Notes under the pieces: generated by a model | Databases searched by the model: none | What the model saw: only the letters and a program-made list of their open reading frames with translations | Told to the model about the DNA's origin: nothing | Source of the DNA: an uncultured delta proteobacterium | GTDB lineage: Bacteria > Myxococcota_A > Polyangia > Fen-1088 | Length of the DNA: 64,000 nt | NCBI GenBank assembly: GCA_963755125.1 | Contig: CAVWIP010000001.1 | Span: forward strand, 96,001 to 160,000 | Direction: 5' to 3' | Position numbers and translations under genes: made by a program | In this document: positions 9,841-21,741 of the stretch, one piece after another | Layout: each line of letters begins with the position of its first letter | Position numbering within the stretch: the first letter of the stretch is position 1

Positions 9841-10212
9841 GTGGTGGGGTGTGTTGCGGTGGCGCTGGTGGCACTCTGGGTTCGAGCAGCCCTGAACGTC
9901 GGCGTACTCCGCCATCCTCGGCCTCGGAAACGGTTGGCTCTGGCGATTGGCCTCTCAATAACTGAAGCACCCTCGACCGCGCAAGGTCGCGCCGCGGTTG
10001 GCCGGGCGCGCATCCGCATGTCTTGTTCGTTGATTCTGTTCTTTGGACTGCATCTCACGGGTCTGTGGGTCGTACAGAAGAATAACCAAGACACTGAGAG
10101 ATGGCTCCGTGAGTGGACGGCCGCAAGAAGCCAGGACTTCAATCGACGTTCAACCCGTTCGGCGCGACCGCGTGCGCGGCCAGACGCCTCAATCAGTCCC
10201 ATCCAGAAGTAA
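9841..10212 (+). CDS. Hypothetical small membrane protein (start uncertain)
   Basis: 123-aa ORF with two hydrophobic segments filling the xth-cls gap; no recognisable motif. Confidence 0.3.
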   Translation: MVGCVAVALVALWVRAALNVGVLRHPRPRKRLALAIGLSITEAPSTAQGRAAVGRARIRMSCSLILFFGLHLTGLWVVQKNNQDTERWLREWTAARSQDFNRRSTRSARPRARPDASISPIQK

Positions 10213-10253
10213 GCGAGGCGCGAGAGCGGGCGGCAGGGGGCGTAAGGAGCCGC

Positions 10254-10279
10254 TCCGAGCCTCGTCTGCGAGGCTCGGA
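10254..10279. terminator. Perfect 11-bp hairpin between convergent ORFs
   Basis: TCCGAGCCTCG-tctg-CGAGGCTCGGA; no U-tract. Confidence 0.45.
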
Positions 10280-10382
10280 TGCCAGGCGATGATCGAGGAG
10301 GTCATGGACGCGCGCAGCGCGGCCGTTGACCTCCGTCCCCCGAGGAGCGCTCCTGTCCGACCGCCAGAGCCGAGCGCCCCCC

Positions 10383-11621
10383 CTACAACCAATGCCGCAA
10401 CCCATACGCCAGTCGCTCTAGAATGCGCTCGAGCAACGGCCGCCGGCTGAAATCTTCCCAACGGATTTCGGTCCCGGCCGCCATGTCTTCTAGCAACGTG
10501 GCTGCCAGAGCCTCGTTGCATTCGCGATCGAGTGCATTGACGACCAGTTCCAGGTTGTAGACCAAGGATCGATGGTCGAAGTTGTAGCTGCCGATGGATA
10601 CGAACTCGCGGTCCACCAGCAGGGCCTTGCTGTGAGCCACTGGGTTGTGCTGGAAAAGCCGAATGCCAGCCTTGAGCAGGCGCGCGAAGCTGGCCCGTGA
10701 AGCCAGATCGGCCAGCAGGTTGTCGCTGGCGACGGGCACGAGCACCCGCACGTCCACGCCGCGGGTCACGGCGCGTGCCAGCCCGTTCATGAAGCCGACG
10801 TCGGGCATGAAGTAAGGGCTGACCAGATAGGCGCGTTCGCGGCTGGCCCGGATGGCGTGCAGGGCCGCCCGGCGGATGGAGAAGCGATCAACCAGCTCAC
10901 CGTTGGCGATCACGGCCAGGGCGACGTCACCCGCGGGGGCGGGCCGGTGCACGCGGCTGCGCTTGAAGCGCAAGCGTCGCTTGGCCCTCCAGTTCCATGT
11001 GCGCAGAAACTTCTGCTCGATGGCTTGGACTGCTGGGCCCTTCACCTCCACGGCGACGTCGTGCCAGCCGGTTCCATCGCCGGTTTCGGGCAACCATGCG
11101 TCGGCGACGTTGATGCCACCCACGAAAGCCACCTGGCCGTCACAAACCAGTGTCTTGCGGTGGTTGCGCCGGAGGAGGGTCCAGAAGCGCGGGCGCCAGA
11201 TCCGGTAGGGGTGGTAGGGGAAGGTGAAGACGCCCGCCCGCCGCATGTTGGCGAAGAACTCGGGCGAGTCGTGACGGCACCCGATGAAGTCGTAAAGCAG
11301 GCGAACCGAGACGCCGCGACGAGCGGCACAGCACAGAGCATCGGCGAAGCGCCGACCGATCCGGTCGTCGTCGAAAATGTACATCTCCATAGATACGCGC
11401 GTACGGGCCGCGTCGATCGCGTCCAGCCAGATGGGAAATGCCTGATCTCCATTGCGCAGCAGGCGTACGGCGTTCCCCGCTGTCAGATCGTCCAGGTCTT
11501 CGATGTACGCCAAGGCGTCGCCAGGTGCGGCCGCAGCCGGCGAAACCAGCGAAAAGTGGAAGAGCGGAGGCAGCGCCACAGCAGCAGCGAAACAGTCTAT
11601 CTGAAGTCCAACCGTTTTCAT
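10383..11621 (-). CDS. clsB: Cardiolipin synthase (ClsB-like phospholipase D)
   Basis: Two HKD motifs ([17 protein letters not shown]), GGIN, SPYF, GSYNFD.RS; no N-terminal TM pair typical of ClsA. Confidence 0.85.
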   Translation of the reverse strand: MKTVGLQIDCFAAAVALPPLFHFSLVSPAAAAPGDALAYIEDLDDLTAGNAVRLLRNGDQAFPIWLDAIDAARTRVSMEMYIFDDDRIGRRFADALCCAARRGVSVRLLYDFIGCRHDSPEFFANMRRAGVFTFPYHPYRIWRPRFWTLLRRNHRKTLVCDGQVAFVGGINVADAWLPETGDGTGWHDVAVEVKGPAVQAIEQKFLRTWNWRAKRRLRFKRSRVHRPAPAGDVALAVIANGELVDRFSIRRAALHAIRASRERAYLVSPYFMPDVGFMNGLARAVTRGVDVRVLVPVASDNLLADLASRASFARLLKAGIRLFQHNPVAHSKALLVDREFVSIGSYNFDHRSLVYNLELVVNALDRECNEALAATLLEDMAAGTEIRWEDFSRRPLLERILERLAYGLRHWL

Positions 11622-11624
11622 GAT

Positions 11625-11653
11625 TTGACCCGAGGGAGACTAGCGGGTAACTT
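11625..11653 (+). promoter_or_regulatory. Putative sigma70-type promoter of infA
   Basis: TTGACC-17nt-TAACTT, 13 nt before ATG 11667. Confidence 0.5.
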
Positions 11654-11666
11654 CTGTGCCGCCACG

Positions 11667-11882
11667 ATGGGTCGAGAAGAACACATAGAATTCCAGGGCC
11701 GCGTGATCGAGGTCTTGCCTGCGGGCAATTTCAAAATCGAGTTGGAGAACGGCCATCAGGTGCTCGCCCATCTCGGCGGCAAGCTGCGCAAGCACCGCAT
11801 CCGCATCGTGCTGGGCGACAAGGTCACGGTCGCGTTGACCCCATACGATCCGACGCGCGGAATCGTCGTGTATCGGGGCTAG
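11667..11882 (+). CDS. infA: Translation initiation factor IF-1
   Basis: [53 protein letters not shown]...YDPTRG..VYR, 71 aa. Confidence 0.95.
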   Translation: MGREEHIEFQGRVIEVLPAGNFKIELENGHQVLAHLGGKLRKHRIRIVLGDKVTVALTPYDPTRGIVVYRG

Positions 11883-11915
11883 TTCCGCCGGTCGTAGGTT
11901 GGTAGCTGGTTGAGC

Positions 11916-12027
11916 GGCCTGGTTGGCAGCGGCGGCGAGGGCGCGCGCGAAGCGCTCGGTGTGGGTAGGGTGGTGGCGGGTCCCGAAGTCCCCGACGGGG
12001 GAACCGGTGGCCGGTTCCGGCTGCCGG
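11916..12027 (+). repeat. Left arm of long imperfect inverted repeat flanking htrA
   Basis: Complementary to 13473-13585 with many G-U/G-T wobbles (e.g. GGGCGCGCGCGAAGCGC vs GCGCTTCGCGCACGCCC; TCCCGAAGTCCCCGA vs TCGGGGGCTTCGGGA). Confidence 0.8.
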
Positions 12028-12116
12028 ATCCGGCTCCGGCCACCGCATCCGGTTCCGGCCCCGGTCCCAGCAGGGCAGGGCGGGCGAGTCGCTCTGGGCA
12101 TTGTAAGATAGGCGCT

Positions 12117-13466
<1,350 letters not shown>

Positions 13467-13472
13467 CCATTC

Positions 13473-13585
13473 CCGGTTCCGGGACCGGTGGCCGGATTCC
13501 CTTTTCGGGGGCTTCGGGATACACCACCGACCCTGCCCACCCCGCGCGCTTCGCGCACGCCCTTGCCGGTTGCCGGCCACCGGCC
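13473..13585 (-). repeat. Right arm of long imperfect inverted repeat flanking htrA
   Basis: Reverse complement aligns to 11916-12027; begins 6 nt after the htrA stop. Confidence 0.8.
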
Positions 13586-13642
13586 CCGAGGCGGCAGAAG
13601 GCTGGCCGATGGACCCAGATTACGCTAGACAACCAGCAGGAC

Positions 13643-15034
13643 ATGTCCAATCCAGTTTCGGCCTCGCCCAAGGCCCACGCGCCGGTCTTGCCGCCCACGC
13701 TCAAGCCGCCCGCGGATCCGGGGACCCTGGTGCACCGGCAACTGCGCGACGGTCCTTTCTGGCAGCGGCTGCGGGCCTACGCCGATGTGCCCGAATCCGA
13801 TTTTCTCGACCACCGCTGGCAGGCGAAGAACTCCATCACCAACGTCCCGCGCCTGCTGGCCGCGCTGCAAGGTTTGGTCGACGCCAGCTTCATGCGTGAT
13901 GCGGAAGAGGGCTTCCGCCACGCGCCCATGCCGGTGCGGGTCTCACCCTATCTGCTCTCGCTCATCGACTGGTCGCGGCCCTACGAAGATCCTCTGCGCA
14001 TTCAGTTCATCCCGCTGGCCTCGCGCCGCCTGCCTGACCATCCCAAGGTCGATCTCGACCCCCTGCACGAGCGGCAAGACATGCCGGTGCCGGGGCTGTC
14101 ACACCGCTATCCCGACAAGGTTCTGTTCCTGCCGCTCGATACCTGCCCGGTCTACTGTCGCTTCTGCACCCGCAGCTACGCTGTGGGGCTAGATACCGAG
14201 GAGGTCACCAAGTTGCAGTTCGGCGTGGATGTGGAGCGCTGGCGCCTGGCTTTCGAGTACGTGGCTTCGCGACCGGAGGTGGAGGACATTCTCATCTCGG
14301 GTGGGGACGTCTCGCAACTGCGCGACGAGCAGGTGACCTACATCGGCGAGGCCTTTTTGGCTGTGCCGCATGTGCGGCGCATCCGCTGGGCCACCAAGAT
14401 GCTGGCGGTCATGCCGCAGAAGTTGCTCAGCGATAGCGCATGGGTCGACGCCCTCACACGCATTGCGGACAGAGGGCGCCAACTCCACAAAGAGGTCGTG
14501 CTTCACACCCACTTCAATCATCCCGACGAGATCACCGCCATCACGCAGGCCGCGACCAACAAGCTCTTCGATCGCGGCATCACGGTTCGCAACCAGACGG
14601 TGCTCATTCGCGGGGTGAACGATAGCCCCCCGGTCATGGGTGTGCTCATCAAGCGTCTCAGTTTCGTCAACGTGCACCCCTACTACATCTACGTGCACGA
14701 CATGGTGAAGGGCGTTGAAGATCTACGCACGACCGTGGAGAGCGGAGCGCAACTGGAAAAACATCTCCGTGGGTTGACCGCTGGCTACAACACGCCGGCG
14801 ACGGTGGTGGACACGCCGGGCGGTGGCAAGCGCGACGTGCACTCCTTCGAACACTACAACCGCGAAACCGGAATCTCGGTCTATGCCTCGCCGGTGGTGC
14901 ATCCGGGGCAGCTCTTCTGCTACTTCGATCCCATTCACCTGCTGCCGCCCTCAGGGCAAGCCCGCTGGGCCGATCCGTCGCAGCACGACCGCATGATCGC
15001 AGAGTCGCTGGAAGAGGCGCGCAGCCGGCGATGA
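13643..15034 (+). CDS. KamA-family radical SAM aminomutase (lysine 2,3-aminomutase-like)
   Basis: HRYPDKVLF, CPVYCRFCTR (CxxxCxxC), SGGD, HFNHP, NQTVL.RGVND, PGGGK (PLP lysine). Confidence 0.9.
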   Translation: MSNPVSASPKAHAPVLPPTLKPPADPGTLVHRQLRDGPFWQRLRAYADVPESDFLDHRWQAKNSITNVPRLLAALQGLVDASFMRDAEEGFRHAPMPVRVSPYLLSLIDWSRPYEDPLRIQFIPLASRRLPDHPKVDLDPLHERQDMPVPGLSHRYPDKVLFLPLDTCPVYCRFCTRSYAVGLDTEEVTKLQFGVDVERWRLAFEYVASRPEVEDILISGGDVSQLRDEQVTYIGEAFLAVPHVRRIRWATKMLAVMPQKLLSDSAWVDALTRIADRGRQLHKEVVLHTHFNHPDEITAITQAATNKLFDRGITVRNQTVLIRGVNDSPPVMGVLIKRLSFVNVHPYYIYVHDMVKGVEDLRTTVESGAQLEKHLRGLTAGYNTPATVVDTPGGGKRDVHSFEHYNRETGISVYASPVVHPGQLFCYFDPIHLLPPSGQARWADPSQHDRMIAESLEEARSRR

Positions 15035-16047
15035 GTTTCGACGACGAGCTGGAGCGCGGCTGGGACCTGCTGGAAGCGGGAGACGAACCGGCTGCCCGGC
15101 GACTGGCGGAAAGCCTTTACGGCGACGATCCGGGCCATCCCGATGTGCTGCTGCTGCAGGCCGCCTGCTGCCGTCAGACGGGCGCCATTGTGGAGGCGTT
15201 GCAACTTCTCGAACAGGCGGCCCAGGCCGACCTCAATTGGGCTGCGCCCGAGATCTGGATCGCCGAGATCTTGGCTGAGGATCCCGAGCGGTGGAGCGAG
15301 GCTCTGCAGCACGCGGCTGCTGCACTCGACCGCGCGGAAGAAGAAGACGAGTTCCTTGAGGCATTGGCGCTCAAGGCGGGGCTGGAGATCGATGTGGGCA
15401 AGCCGACCGCAGCCCGCAAGACCCTGGCGGAGCTGCCGCCTCTGCACGCAGGAGCGGCGGTGCCGCCCGCACTCGCGCTTGACTTCGCTCATCTGTTCCT
15501 CGAGGTCGGCGATGTGGACGAGGCCACGCGGCGGTTTCAGGCGATGGTAGATGCCGACGGCCGGGATGCCGACGCCTGGCACGGATTGGGCCTGTGTGCC
15601 GAGGCCAGAGACGACGAGGCCGGGAAACGTCAGGCATGGCTCCGCGTTCTTGCGCTTGACGCCGAGAAGCCGCTGGCCGCGTCTCTTCTGTCGGAGGTGC
15701 AGATGGCCGAGGTGGCCGAGGCGACCCTGCGCGAACTGCCGCGGCGGGTGCGCGAGCTGATCGCGCATGTGCCCATATTGATCGTCGATCTTCCCGCGCG
15801 TGACGAGGTCGACCAGGGTCTGGACCCGCGACTGCTCGGCATGTTCGCGGGTTCGCCCTACTCGGACCCATCCATGATGGGGGGCCAACCCCAACTCACG
15901 CAGATCCTGCTGTTCCGCAAGAACTTGGAGCGCGCCGCGCACAGCGTCGAGGAGTTGCGCGAACAGATCCGTATCACCCTCCTGCACGAGACCGGGCATT
16001 TCTTCGGCATGTCGGAAGAAGACCTCGCCGAAGTCGGGTTGGAATAA
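15031..16047 (+). CDS. TPR + Zincin_1-type metallopeptidase domain protein
   Basis: N-terminal TPRs; C-terminal LLGMF.G...I.LFR.NL...IRITLLHETGHFFG (HExxH); ATGA overlap with the kamA-like gene. Confidence 0.85.
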   Translation: MSFDDELERGWDLLEAGDEPAARRLAESLYGDDPGHPDVLLLQAACCRQTGAIVEALQLLEQAAQADLNWAAPEIWIAEILAEDPERWSEALQHAAAALDRAEEEDEFLEALALKAGLEIDVGKPTAARKTLAELPPLHAGAAVPPALALDFAHLFLEVGDVDEATRRFQAMVDADGRDADAWHGLGLCAEARDDEAGKRQAWLRVLALDAEKPLAASLLSEVQMAEVAEATLRELPRRVRELIAHVPILIVDLPARDEVDQGLDPRLLGMFAGSPYSDPSMMGGQPQLTQILLFRKNLERAAHSVEELREQIRITLLHETGHFFGMSEEDLAEVGLE

Positions 16048-16132
16048 TGCATCCCCTACTACTCAACGGTGGGACTGGACGAGAAGAGAGGGGCGGTGGC
16101 GGGGGGTGGTCCGCCTGGTTCCGCTCACCAAA

Positions 16133-16153
16133 ACTGTGGACCGGACTGTGGAC
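16133..16153. repeat. 9-bp direct repeat ACTGTGGAC x2 downstream of tRNA-Val
   Basis: aaACTGTGGACcggACTGTGGACgg. Confidence 0.6.
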
Positions 16154-16166
16154 GGAGGCAGAAACT

Positions 16167-16206
16167 AAAACGGCCAGTCGGAGGTAGCTCTCCAACTGAC
16201 CGTTTT
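16167..16206 (-). terminator. Rho-independent terminator after tRNA-Val
   Basis: Minus strand AAAACGGTCAGTTGGAG-agctac-CTCCGACTGGCCGTTTT followed by AGTTT. Confidence 0.75.
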
Positions 16207-16221
16207 CATTCGTGAATTTTG

Positions 16222-16293
16222 TGGGCGTTGCAGGATTTGAACCTGCGGCTTCCACCGTGTGAAGGTGACACTCTTCCACTGAGTTAAACGCCC
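16222..16293 (-). tRNA. tRNA-Val(CAC)
   Basis: GGGCGTT acceptor, anticodon arm TCACC-TT CAC AC-GGTGG, T-loop GGTTCAAATCC; CCA not encoded. Confidence 0.95.
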
Positions 16294-16304
16294 GTGGTTG
16301 GTTT

Positions 16305-16333
16305 CGTGTAGGCTGAAACCTCCATTCTGTCAA
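16305..16333 (-). promoter_or_regulatory. Putative promoter of tRNA-Val
   Basis: Minus strand TTGACA-17nt-TACACG, 11 nt upstream of the tRNA. Confidence 0.55.
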
Positions 16334-16352
16334 GGGGTTGGCTGATTGTGTT

Positions 16353-17960
<1,608 letters not shown>

Positions 17961-18137
17961 GCTAGTAGTCCCAAGACAGCGTAACTCTTACCTTCGGCGA
18001 TTTCCACATGTCCGTCAAGGTTGGGGGCTGGAGGTTGTCAACTCCGATCGTGGTTCCGACCACTTGTGAAGGGGGTACGGCTTCTTTCGGCAATCGTCGA
18101 CGTCGCCCCCAGTCTTTAGACGGTACAAGTGAACGAT

Positions 18138-18968
18138 TCAGCCAAAGAAAATCGACCTCCGCTCAAGCAGCAGGTCCGCGATCATGCGGTCGACGACGTT
18201 TCGAACCTGCTCTGCGATCTCCAACGTGTCGCGGTCTGGCTGCGACATCGGGGCGATGGCTTTGCCGATCTGGATGCTCCATTTTGCTGGCACCGGGAGC
18301 AAGCCGAGTGGCCCGAGCAGCGGAAAGGTGGGGGTGATCGGAATATAGGGTAGCCGGAAGGGTTTGGCTAATTGTGTTAGCTTGGCCACCACGGGATGGG
18401 CTTCCTCGGCGCCCACGATGGCGACCGGGATGATCGGCACCTTGGCCGTGCGCGCCAGCCGAACAAATCCGCCGCGTCCAAAGTTGGTCAAGCGGTAGCG
18501 TTCGCGGTACGGCTTGCCCACGCCGCGCAGACCCTCGGGGAAAACGCCGACCAGTTGGCCGCGCTCGCAGAGGTCGAGGGCGTTGCGCATCGACGCGCGC
18601 ACGCCACCGATGCGCGCCACCACCGGCCGCATCCACGGCGATCGAACCGCGAAAGTTGCAACCAGGGGACGCAGAGGTCTGCGCGCGGGATGAAGCGAGT
18701 GGCAGGCATGGATGAGCATGGCCCCGTCGTAGGGCAGGCCGCCAGAGTGGTTGGCGACCAGCAGCGCGGCCCCGCTGGCAGGCACGTTTTCCAGTCCGAG
18801 CAGCCGCACCCGGAAGTAGCGCGACCAGAGGAATGCGAGGGCAGGGGCCGTGCGTTCAAGAAAAGCGGGGTCGAAGCCGAAGTCGGGCAGGCCTGCCGGG
18901 TCAGGCATCGGCCTGCGCACGGCCGCGACGATCGCTTTGAGTGCATCCTTGATCGCCGGGTCCATCAT
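18138..18968 (-). CDS. Lysophospholipid acyltransferase (PlsC family)
   Basis: NHSGGLPYD (HxxxxD-like), FPEG, PIIPVAIVGAEE. Confidence 0.88.
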   Translation of the reverse strand: MMDPAIKDALKAIVAAVRRPMPDPAGLPDFGFDPAFLERTAPALAFLWSRYFRVRLLGLENVPASGAALLVANHSGGLPYDGAMLIHACHSLHPARRPLRPLVATFAVRSPWMRPVVARIGGVRASMRNALDLCERGQLVGVFPEGLRGVGKPYRERYRLTNFGRGGFVRLARTAKVPIIPVAIVGAEEAHPVVAKLTQLAKPFRLPYIPITPTFPLLGPLGLLPVPAKWSIQIGKAIAPMSQPDRDTLEIAEQVRNVVDRMIADLLLERRSIFFG

Positions 18969-18989
18969 GGTCGAGCAGAGACCGCGTTC

Positions 18990-21668
18990 TCAGGATTCGA
19001 TGAGAGTCCGCAGCCTTTCGGTCCAGCGTTGCACGATATCGCCTAGAGTTGTGTCCGCAGGCGAGGCAGCCCCGCCTTGCGCCAGGTCTGGCCGGCCGCC
19101 ACCCTTGCCACCCAGATCCTGCAAGAGCAGGCTCACAATCTTCCCTGCGTGGAGCTTGTCCTGCGCGCCCGGCGTCACGGCGCACACCATCGCGAGCTTG
19201 CCCTCGACTGCGCCGGCCAACACCAGCACGCCCGGATCCATGCGCGGCTTGAGCTTGTCCGCGGTTTCGCGCAAGATCTTCGGATCGCCCACGCCCACGT
19301 CGTGCACCAGCAGCCAGTAATTGCCGACTTGTTGGCGATTGGCCAGGGGATCGCGCGAGCCGCCGGACGCAATCTGCGCCTTGAGCTTGCCGATTTCCTT
19401 CTCGCGCTCGCGCAACTCGCCTTGCTGTTTTTCCAGTCGCGCGGCGACTTCAAAGGGACCGGCGCGCAGGATCGCGGCGGCCCCGGCCAGTTCGTTCTCC
19501 ATGCGCCTCACCAGCGCCAGCGAGCCCAGACCGGTCACGGCTTCCAGACGCCGCACACCCTGGGCCACGCCGCTTTCCTCGACGATCTTGATGAGCCCGA
19601 TGTCGCCCGTCCGCTGCACGTGTGTGCCGCCGCAGAACTCCTTGGACTCGCCCATGGTCATGACCCGAACCGTGTCACCGTATTTCTCGCCGAAGAAGGC
19701 GATGGCGCCGGCTTGCTTGGCTTGAGCAATGGGCAACACATCGGTGGTGACCGGCAGGTTGTGCAGCACGCGGGTGTTGGCCAGGTCTTCCACTTTCTGC
19801 TTCTCTTCGGAAGACAGCGGCGCCAGGTGAGAGAAGTCGAAACGCAAGCGCTCCGGTGCCACCAGCGAGCCTTTTTGCGCCACATGTTCGCCCAGCACCG
19901 TGCGCAGGGCCCAGTGCAGGAGATGAGTTGCAGAGTGGTTGCGCCGGGTGGCGTTGCGGCGTTCGACGTCCACAACCAGGTCAAGGGTGTCACCCACCTG
20001 GATGTGCCCGCTCTCGATCTCGCACAGGTGAACGGCGAGAGATGAGAGGGGCCGCTTGCTGTCGACCACCCTGAGCGCGCCGTGCGGTCCGGTCGCGGTA
20101 CCCGTGTCGCCAACCTGGCCGCCCTGCTCGCCGTAGAACGGGGTTTCACGGCACACGACCGCCACCGGAGCCTTGTACGGCGCCGTCACCCTGGTGACTT
20201 CCTTCCCCTCGGCCACGATGGCAACGATTGCGCTCTTGGCGGTCATCTCCTGGTAGCCGAGAAACTTGGTGGGGCCGACCCGGTCGAGGATGCTCTGGAA
20301 CACGCCCTCTACGGCCAACTCGCCCGAGCCCACGAATTCGGCACGGCGGCGCTGTTCTTCCATGCTGGCATCGAAGCCGGCTTCGTCGACCGCGAAATGG
20401 TTGCTGGCGGCAATCACGCGGGTCAAATCGAAGGGAAACCCGTAAGTGTCGTACAATCGAAAGGCGATCGCACCGGGAATCACGCGATCCGGGCGCTTGC
20501 CCATCTCGTCGTCCAGCATACGCATGCCTCGGGTCAACACCTCGCGGAAGCCATTTTCCTCCTCGCGAGTGATGGCCTCGATGACGCTGCGGCGATCGCG
20601 CAACTCAGGGTACACGTCCCCCATCATGTCGACGACCATACACGCAAGTCTGGGGAAGTGACTGCCGCTGCGAAGTCCCAACAACCAGCCGTGGTAGATG
20701 GCGCGCCTCATGATTCGGCGCAAGACGTATTCGCGGCCGGTCTTTTCGGGGAACACACCATCAGCAATCAGAAACGCGGCGGTGCGTGCGTGGTCCGCCA
20801 TGGCGCGCATGGAAACCGCGATCGAGCCATCGCTGTAGTCTTCGGGCACGAAGGTCTTGCTGGTCAGCCTCTCGACTTCGGCAATCAGCGGCCGAAGCAG
20901 GTCGGTTTCGTAGTTGGAACGGAAGCCGCCCAGCACGGCACACAGGCGCTCCAGCCCCATGCCCGTGTCAACCGAGGGTTTGGGCAGCGGACGGCGCGTG
21001 CGATCAGGCAGTTGCTCGAACTGCATGAACACCAGGTTCCAGATCTCGATCCAGCGGTCGCAGTCGCAGGCCGGCCCCAGGCAGGCGCGTCCAGCCGCCA
21101 CCTCGGGACAGGGAATGTCGTCACCCTGGTGGTAATGGATCTCGCTGCACGGGCCGCACGGGCCGACTTCGCCCATGGCCCAGAAGTTGTCCTTGTCGCC
21201 CAGACCCAGGATCCGGTCGTCGCCCACGCCGGCCACCTTCTTCCACAACAGCCGCGCGTCGTCGTCGCTGTGATGGACGGTGTACACCAGACGCTTGGGG
21301 TCAATGGCGTAGCCCTTGACCAGAAGGTGGTGCGCGAACTCGATGGCGTCGGCCTTGAAGTAGTCGCCAAAAGAAAAATTGCCAAGCATCTCGAAGAAGG
21401 TGTGGTGTCGGGCGGTGCGGCCGACGTTTTCCAGGTCGTTGTGCTTCCCGCCGGCGCGCACGCACTTCTGCGAGCTGCAGGCACGGGAGCGCGACCGCTG
21501 CGCCTTGCCGGTGAAGACGTCCTTGAACTGGTTCATCCCGGCGTTGGTAAAGAGCAGGGTCGGGTCGTTGGCCGGCACCAGCGACGAGCTGGGAACTTCC
21601 TCATGGCCCTTGGCCACAAAGCTGTCGAGAAACGTGCGGCGGACTTTCTGCGAAATCCAGTCTGACAT
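18990..21668 (-). CDS. alaS: Alanine--tRNA ligase
   Basis: LLFTNAGMNQFK, RHHTFFEMLGNFSFGDYFK, DTGMGLER, editing HSATH and CGGTH, GGGR...AQGG. Confidence 0.98.
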   Translation of the reverse strand: MSDWISQKVRRTFLDSFVAKGHEEVPSSSLVPANDPTLLFTNAGMNQFKDVFTGKAQRSRSRACSSQKCVRAGGKHNDLENVGRTARHHTFFEMLGNFSFGDYFKADAIEFAHHLLVKGYAIDPKRLVYTVHHSDDDARLLWKKVAGVGDDRILGLGDKDNFWAMGEVGPCGPCSEIHYHQGDDIPCPEVAAGRACLGPACDCDRWIEIWNLVFMQFEQLPDRTRRPLPKPSVDTGMGLERLCAVLGGFRSNYETDLLRPLIAEVERLTSKTFVPEDYSDGSIAVSMRAMADHARTAAFLIADGVFPEKTGREYVLRRIMRRAIYHGWLLGLRSGSHFPRLACMVVDMMGDVYPELRDRRSVIEAITREEENGFREVLTRGMRMLDDEMGKRPDRVIPGAIAFRLYDTYGFPFDLTRVIAASNHFAVDEAGFDASMEEQRRRAEFVGSGELAVEGVFQSILDRVGPTKFLGYQEMTAKSAIVAIVAEGKEVTRVTAPYKAPVAVVCRETPFYGEQGGQVGDTGTATGPHGALRVVDSKRPLSSLAVHLCEIESGHIQVGDTLDLVVDVERRNATRRNHSATHLLHWALRTVLGEHVAQKGSLVAPERLRFDFSHLAPLSSEEKQKVEDLANTRVLHNLPVTTDVLPIAQAKQAGAIAFFGEKYGDTVRVMTMGESKEFCGGTHVQRTGDIGLIKIVEESGVAQGVRRLEAVTGLGSLALVRRMENELAGAAAILRAGPFEVAARLEKQQGELREREKEIGKLKAQIASGGSRDPLANRQQVGNYWLLVHDVGVGDPKILRETADKLKPRMDPGVLVLAGAVEGKLAMVCAVTPGAQDKLHAGKIVSLLLQDLGGKGGGRPDLAQGGAASPADTTLGDIVQRWTERLRTLIES

Positions 21669-21741
21669 GGGGCGGGGAGACTAGCGTGAGTGCCGGCGTC
21701 AGTCGACTGCCGACTTCTGGTAGGTCTTGCGGGAGGCCCCG

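Noticed and set aside
11910..12116. Gly/Pro-rich N-terminal extension of HtrA in the ORF track
   Set aside because: It is a translation of the inverted-repeat arm and CCGG array; the signal-like sequence starts at ATG 12117
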